The notes beneath the pieces are model-generated. The model had not been told where the DNA came from, made no database searches, and worked only from the letters and a program-made list of their open reading frames with translations. Positions 59,304 through 64,000 of a stretch of 64,000 bases of DNA are shown here, in pieces; positions within the stretch are counted from its first letter, which is position 1, and every line of letters starts with the position of its first letter. The DNA lies in assembly GCA_052168235.1 (NCBI GenBank), contig JBQLZK010000001.1:192001-256000 (forward strand). Reading direction: 5' to 3'. The stretch is from Thainema sp. Its GTDB lineage: Bacteria; Cyanobacteriota; Cyanobacteriia; Phormidesmidales; Phormidesmidaceae. The position numbers were made by a program, and so were the translations under genes.

Positions 59304-59556
59304 AACTTGTATCCCTTTAAGAATCCCAATAAGTTTATGAGCCGCTGGCAAGCCAGCGTACTTGTCTAGCGCGACACTCCGGATAAATTCCCCTAAATCC
59401 CCCTATAGCCCTTCGAGCATGGCTTCGCTTAGAAAAAGAAAAGGGGAAACGTTGAGCCAGAGTTGGAATAGCCCCTTTTTTAAGGGGGCGGCGACAGCCG
59501 GGGATCTTACACCTACGTTAAACACGTGCAGGCCAGTGGCTCATAAACTTCTTCAC

Positions 59557-60909
59557 TTATCTGCCTTCTAGCCGCTGTCGCCACTCTTCATCAATTTTGT
59601 CGGCATTTTCCACGTTTTGCTGGAGCAGGTCTTTTTCGGTGGTATAAGCTAAGTTCTCAGCGTTGACAATGGTTTCAGCCGCAAATTGCTTAGCGTAGTC
59701 AATAGTTTTGAGGACTGCTGGGTCAGCTTCTTGCAGTGCGATCGCACGTTCCTGACGGATTTCGTTGCGAGACTCAATCTTTTGATTACGCATCTTGATC
59801 CAGATATAGCGCAGGATGGGCACCAGTAGATAACCCACGCCATAGGCAACTAAGAACCAAAAGATCGAGTTGACAAAGCCAACTAAGCCCGTACTCAACA
59901 CAGCCGTGCTCAAATTACCGCTGTTCATCAGCGAATCCAGCACGATAATCGCCGCCAGATTGAAAATACCGAGTCCAGCCGCCCACTGAAGCTGAGTAGA
60001 CGAGGCGTGACTGAAAACCCAGGGCTTTTCTTTCAGGTAGGCTTGCACTGGCGTATGGCCCTGCTGAGCAGCGCTGACCTGGAGGTCGGGGAAGTAGTAA
60101 ATCAAGTTGCCGTCTGGGCTGACCTCGGGCTTGCCGTTGAAGCGGGTGAGCACGGGCAGCATGTAATTCTCATACTCCAGATCGTAGCCTTGACCGAGCT
60201 GGTCTAAATAAGGCGTCACCTGTGCGGCTGCGATCGCACCTTTATTGTTGCGAATCACGGCAGCAACTTCCTGCCAGCGCCGTTCCTCTAGGTTGGCATT
60301 GGGATTGCCATCGCCAAACAGAAAGGAGAAGACGGCTTCCAGAAAGCCCATGTCCGATTCAGACTGACGCGGTGCCGAATAGCCAGTTCGAGTCTGAGGC
60401 ATTGAATAGTAGCGCCGTCGCCGCTCATAGTAATTCGGCAGAAAAACGTAGTACCAGGTGGGACTCATCCAAACCCGAGGTATGGGCAAACCGCCATATC
60501 CACGACTATATCCGCCTGATGATGAGCGGTTATTTTCCCGCTGCTGCGACTGCATGGCAATCACAATCACAATGATGGCCAGCACGACCAGCACAATAGA
60601 GGCGATCAGGATAATGCCAAACGAGATCCGGATCAGATAAAACAGGACGCTCCAGACTTTATCCCACCAGGCTTTCAGTTGCGATCGCAACGACCGATTT
60701 CGAATAACGCCTCGAAAGTTCTTGGGAAAAACATAGGCAATTTCGCCCGCTTCAGACACCTGCAAATGTCCACCGGCGGCAGAAGCAAGAGCCAGCAAAT
60801 CCTGCCGAGACTGTTCAACATTCAGTCCCGTTTGGGCCGCTACGTCTCCCACTGTGACGCGGTAATCAAAAGTTTCAACAGCCTTATAAATAGTTGGATT
60901 AACGTTCAT
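59557..60909 (-). CDS. Conserved cyanobacterial/plastid membrane protein (At5g03900-like)
   Basis: YRVTVGDVAA, GHLQVSE.GEIAY.FP, FLEAVFSFLFGDGNPN, F.G.PEVS..G..IYYFP.LQ. Confidence 0.75.
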   Translation of the reverse strand: MNVNPTIYKAVETFDYRVTVGDVAAQTGLNVEQSRQDLLALASAAGGHLQVSEAGEIAYVFPKNFRGVIRNRSLRSQLKAWWDKVWSVLFYLIRISFGIILIASIVLVVLAIIVIVIAMQSQQRENNRSSSGGYSRGYGGLPIPRVWMSPTWYYVFLPNYYERRRRYYSMPQTRTGYSAPRQSESDMGFLEAVFSFLFGDGNPNANLEERRWQEVAAVIRNNKGAIAAAQVTPYLDQLGQGYDLEYENYMLPVLTRFNGKPEVSPDGNLIYYFPDLQVSAAQQGHTPVQAYLKEKPWVFSHASSTQLQWAAGLGIFNLAAIIVLDSLMNSGNLSTAVLSTGLVGFVNSIFWFLVAYGVGYLLVPILRYIWIKMRNQKIESRNEIRQERAIALQEADPAVLKTIDYAKQFAAETIVNAENLAYTTEKDLLQQNVENADKIDEEWRQRLEGR

Positions 60910-61024
60910 AAATTGAGTCGCAATAGTGTTCCTACGGACTGCTTAATGTTGCCTGCACATCTCCAGTATAGAAATTCCATCACTGCTCGGAGTTGGAGCG
61001 ACCCTACCGCTCCATAAAAACCAA

Positions 61025-61050
61025 AAGCACTGTCATGCAGGACAGTGCTT
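61025..61050. terminator. Terminator-like hairpin downstream of curT-like gene
   Basis: AAGCACTGTC-ATGCAG-GACAGTGCTT. Confidence 0.6.
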
Positions 61051-61125
61051 CCACATCACTATGAAATTGATGAGATTGCGCAGGGTGGGCAATGCCCACC
61101 TGACTAACTTTCAACTAGGCAAGTA

Positions 61126-61590
61126 CTACATGCGGTTGCCCAATACCTGATCCTTCAGGGCATTGAAGTCTTCCGATAGCTCTTGGCGGCTAGATGCCTT
61201 GAGCAGGTAGCGATAGACAAACCAAATGCTGTAGCCAAAACCGACTAACTCGAATGCAGGCGCGAGCAACGGAATATCATCAACTGCATCCAGCAGCGCG
61301 AAGGTAAGCTTTAGAGCAACGATAGCGCCAAGAATCAGACCCGCATAGGTCAGGGGACGCTTGTACTCGCTGAAAAACTCAGAAAAATACTGAGGCAAAT
61401 CTCTTGCCAACTGATTAATTTTGTCGCCGACTTCCTTCATCTGAACCGAAGAACCAGCACTTATAGACTTGGATGGCGTGATGGCACCGGGCTTCTCAGC
61501 ATTAACTTGCATTTCAATATCATGCACCTCGCCATCAGGAGTTTCAACGGCGTATTCGCGAGTGTTCTCTTGTTTTAATTCATCCATCAT
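61126..61590 (-). CDS. curT: CAAD-domain thylakoid curvature protein (CurT/CURT1-like)
   Basis: ALLDAVDDIPLLAP.FELVG.GYSIWFVYRYLL...RQEL. Confidence 0.85.
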   Translation of the reverse strand: MMDELKQENTREYAVETPDGEVHDIEMQVNAEKPGAITPSKSISAGSSVQMKEVGDKINQLARDLPQYFSEFFSEYKRPLTYAGLILGAIVALKLTFALLDAVDDIPLLAPAFELVGFGYSIWFVYRYLLKASSRQELSEDFNALKDQVLGNRM

Positions 61591-62145
61591 ATTTATACAC
61601 CAGGGCTTAACAACCTTGAACGTCCAGAGTTTGTCTGGGCTATACAACTTTTGAGGTGTGGCAGATGCATGGCTATCAGCCTCTCAGCCTGCCAGCGGAG
61701 CGAAGACGGGATAATTAACGAATTAGATTATAAACTCAGTCACGCTAATCCTATCTGACACTAAAGCAGAGTCTTTCGAATTTCAAGATCGGGATAAACG
61801 CAGATTACAGAATCGTCACTGAATGTCACACTTTTATTCGCCAGACAAACTTTCTAGACCAGACAGGATAGAACGCAGGCGATGGCGGTCGATTAAGATA
61901 TCCGGATCTTCCCGGTAGGAAACGTTTCGCCGCTTTTCAGAATCAGTCGAAAACTCGTCGCGGCGCTGATAGACGATAAATTTGCTTAATCGATCCCGGC
62001 GAGATCTAGACCAATTGCTCATTACTGAAAACCGTATAGTTCATCCTTCTTTATCCGTTTGATGAGAAAAACTAATTCTCACCCGCCAAGATTTCCAGAC
62101 TACACCATCTGAGTTCACAGTTCCGTATTCTTCTGTTACAGATAT

Positions 62146-63315
62146 TTACGTAGAGCGCAACAACGCTAGAATTTTTTGCGCCGCGCGATCACACACTCCC
62201 ACCGTCCCCAGCGCCTGCCGCATGCCCGCATAACCCTGGAGCATCGTCTGTCGCTGTTCTGGGTTCAGCAGTAGCTCTAGTGACGCTTGGGTAATAGCGG
62301 CTGGCGTTGCCTGGTACTGCAAAAACTCCGGCACAATTTCCGTCATCGTGGCCAAGTTGGTGGGCGACATGAACGGAATTGAAAATTTAAGCATATGTTC
62401 AGCAATCCAGGCCGTGATCGGATTGACGCGATACATCACCACCTGCGGCACGTTCATCAGCGCAATTTCGAGATTGACCGTACCGGATTTGGTAATTGCA
62501 AGATCAGAAGCTGCGATCGCAGCTTGTCCATGTTCCACCGTGAACTTTGCCTCAACCCCATACTGGGTCAAAACCTCTGTCACCGGGGCAGCAAACTCTG
62601 GGAACGACAGCGGCACCCAAAATTGCACATCCGGCAGCTTGGCCTGAATCTGCTGAGCCGCTGCCGCCATCACGGGCAGTAGGTAACGCAACTCCTGCTG
62701 GCGGGAGGCCGGAATCAGTGCAATCACAGTTTGGTCTAGCCCAATGCCCAACTGCTGACGGGCAGCAATGCGCTCTGGGGCGTTCTGCATCCGATCTACC
62801 AGGGGATGCCCCACCCAGGCCACATTCGCTCCGTTGGCTTCGTAGTAGCGGGCCTCTTCCGGAAAAATAGCTAAAATCTGGTCGGAAATGCCGACAATCT
62901 GAGCCGTGTTGCGGGTACTCAGCGACCAAACCCATTCCTGCGGCGCAATGTAGTAAACCGTCGGCACAGCGGGAAAGTGCTGGCGAATGTGGTTGCCAAT
63001 GGCGATATTTGGCCCCATATAGTCAATCATCACCACCAAATCCGGTGGTGACTGCTGAAGATAGCGCTTTACCTTGCGCTGCATCAGCAGCGTCGGCAGC
63101 ACGTATGGCAGCGATTCTAAAATGCCGACCGAGCCAATCGTGCTGGTGTTGCCCAGCAGCGTCGCGCCTGCCTGCGCCATCCGAGCACCACCGAGGGCCA
63201 AAATCTCTAAATCTATCTGCTGCTGCGCGGCCTGCTGCTGAAGGGCTTCCACTAGCATCGCTCCCTGCAAGTCGCCCGAAACTTCCCCCGTGCTGATAAA
63301 AATTCGTTTCTTCAT
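62146..63315 (-). CDS. lpxB: Lipid-A-disaccharide synthase
   Basis: IFISTGEVSGDLQG, YYIAPQEWVW, VGHPL, PASR.QE, KSGTVNLE. Confidence 0.96.
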   Translation of the reverse strand: MKKRIFISTGEVSGDLQGAMLVEALQQQAAQQQIDLEILALGGARMAQAGATLLGNTSTIGSVGILESLPYVLPTLLMQRKVKRYLQQSPPDLVVMIDYMGPNIAIGNHIRQHFPAVPTVYYIAPQEWVWSLSTRNTAQIVGISDQILAIFPEEARYYEANGANVAWVGHPLVDRMQNAPERIAARQQLGIGLDQTVIALIPASRQQELRYLLPVMAAAAQQIQAKLPDVQFWVPLSFPEFAAPVTEVLTQYGVEAKFTVEHGQAAIAASDLAITKSGTVNLEIALMNVPQVVMYRVNPITAWIAEHMLKFSIPFMSPTNLATMTEIVPEFLQYQATPAAITQASLELLLNPEQRQTMLQGYAGMRQALGTVGVCDRAAQKILALLRST

Positions 63316-63327
63316 AGGAGATTGCAA

Positions 63328-64000
63328 TCAGTCCGATTTAGAACGCGCTGGACGCATTCCAGGAATAGAGCCCCGCCGTCCTTCTGCTTGCGACTCGCGC
63401 AAGAATTGATACAAGTGCTGAATCGGCTCATAGTCAGCCAGGGTAGCCAACTCTGCCAGTGCTTGATCGAACGTCAAGTCGGAGCGATAGAGCATCCGAA
63501 AGGCTTTTTTGAAGTAGCGCATGAGCTGACCATCTGCCAGTTCTCCCATGCCAGCTCGCTGGAGTCCAACTAAATTTAGCGATCGCACTCGGCAGGGATT
63601 ACCTTCCACCAGCATAAACGGCGGCACATCCCGATCAATCCGACTCATGCCGCCCACCATTGCCAGTCGGCCAATATGCACAAACTGATGCACGCCCAGA
63701 ATGCCGCTAATCCGCGCTTGCGACTCGATATGCACATGTCCCGCCAGCGCCACCCCGTTGGCAATAGTCGTCTCGTTGCCGATCACGCAATCGTGCCCAA
63801 CGTGAACATAGGCCATCAGCAAGTTGCGATCGCCAATCACCGTTGCCCCCTCGGCATGGGAAGCCCGGTTAATGGTGACATATTCGCGAATTCGGTTATC
63901 GTTGCCGATTTTGACCAAATTCAGCGATCCGTCATACTTCAGGTCTTGCGACTCGGCCCCAATCACGGCTCCCGGAAAAATTCGGTTGCGATCGCCAATT
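63328..64000 (-). CDS. lpxA: UDP-N-acetylglucosamine acyltransferase, 5'-truncated by window edge
   Basis: QDLKY, IREYVTINR, MAYVHVGHDC, HQFVHIG, DVPPF hexapeptide-repeat enzyme. Confidence 0.96.
   Translation of the reverse strand, partial: IGDRNRIFPGAVIGAESQDLKYDGSLNLVKIGNDNRIREYVTINRASHAEGATVIGDRNLLMAYVHVGHDCVIGNETTIANGVALAGHVHIESQARISGILGVHQFVHIGRLAMVGGMSRIDRDVPPFMLVEGNPCRVRSLNLVGLQRAGMGELADGQLMRYFKKAFRMLYRSDLTFDQALAELATLADYEPIQHLYQFLRESQAEGRRGSIPGMRPARSKSD

Noticed and set aside
61834..62022. 62-aa ORF between lpxB and curT
   Set aside because: No recognisable domain, and the best RBS precedes a different 12-codon ORF. Insufficient support.
1..64000. Prophage, integrase at tRNA-Asp, intact transposase, defence systems
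   Set aside because: No such ORFs, and no tRNA 3'-end duplication (att site) was seen in the window.

Overview
Core-chromosome window from a cyanobacterium. The evidence is a very dense HIP1 octamer GCGATCGC plus cpcS, ndhP, nblS/hik33, ycf34, curT-like, ebsA and mgdA. It holds about 50 mostly housekeeping genes, including dnaX, rpsB-tsf, a CC-adding enzyme, dacB, tldD, lpxA/lpxB, gltS, TRAP permeases and a phosphoketolase-like enzyme. RNA features are tRNA-Asp(GTC), an rpsB (S2/t44-type) leader and a probable 6S RNA. Two short proteins missed by the ORF track were found by hand: NdhP and a 58-aa membrane protein. I saw no CRISPR array, prophage, intact transposase or defence island. The best leads are: (1) a radical SAM gene overlapping mgdA by 56 nt, a candidate glycolipid-modifying enzyme or alternative epimerase; (2) an RppAB-like two-component module bracketed by inverted copies of a 93-bp hairpin MITE, one nested in another MITE family, with a shared promoter motif; (3) a FecR-domain protein with a PET-repeat tail paired with an outer-membrane barrel; (4) an 8-bp tandem repeat inside a Ser/Thr kinase gene; (5) candidate sRNAs. 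All gene calls come from motif and family recognition by eye, and no database searches were run.
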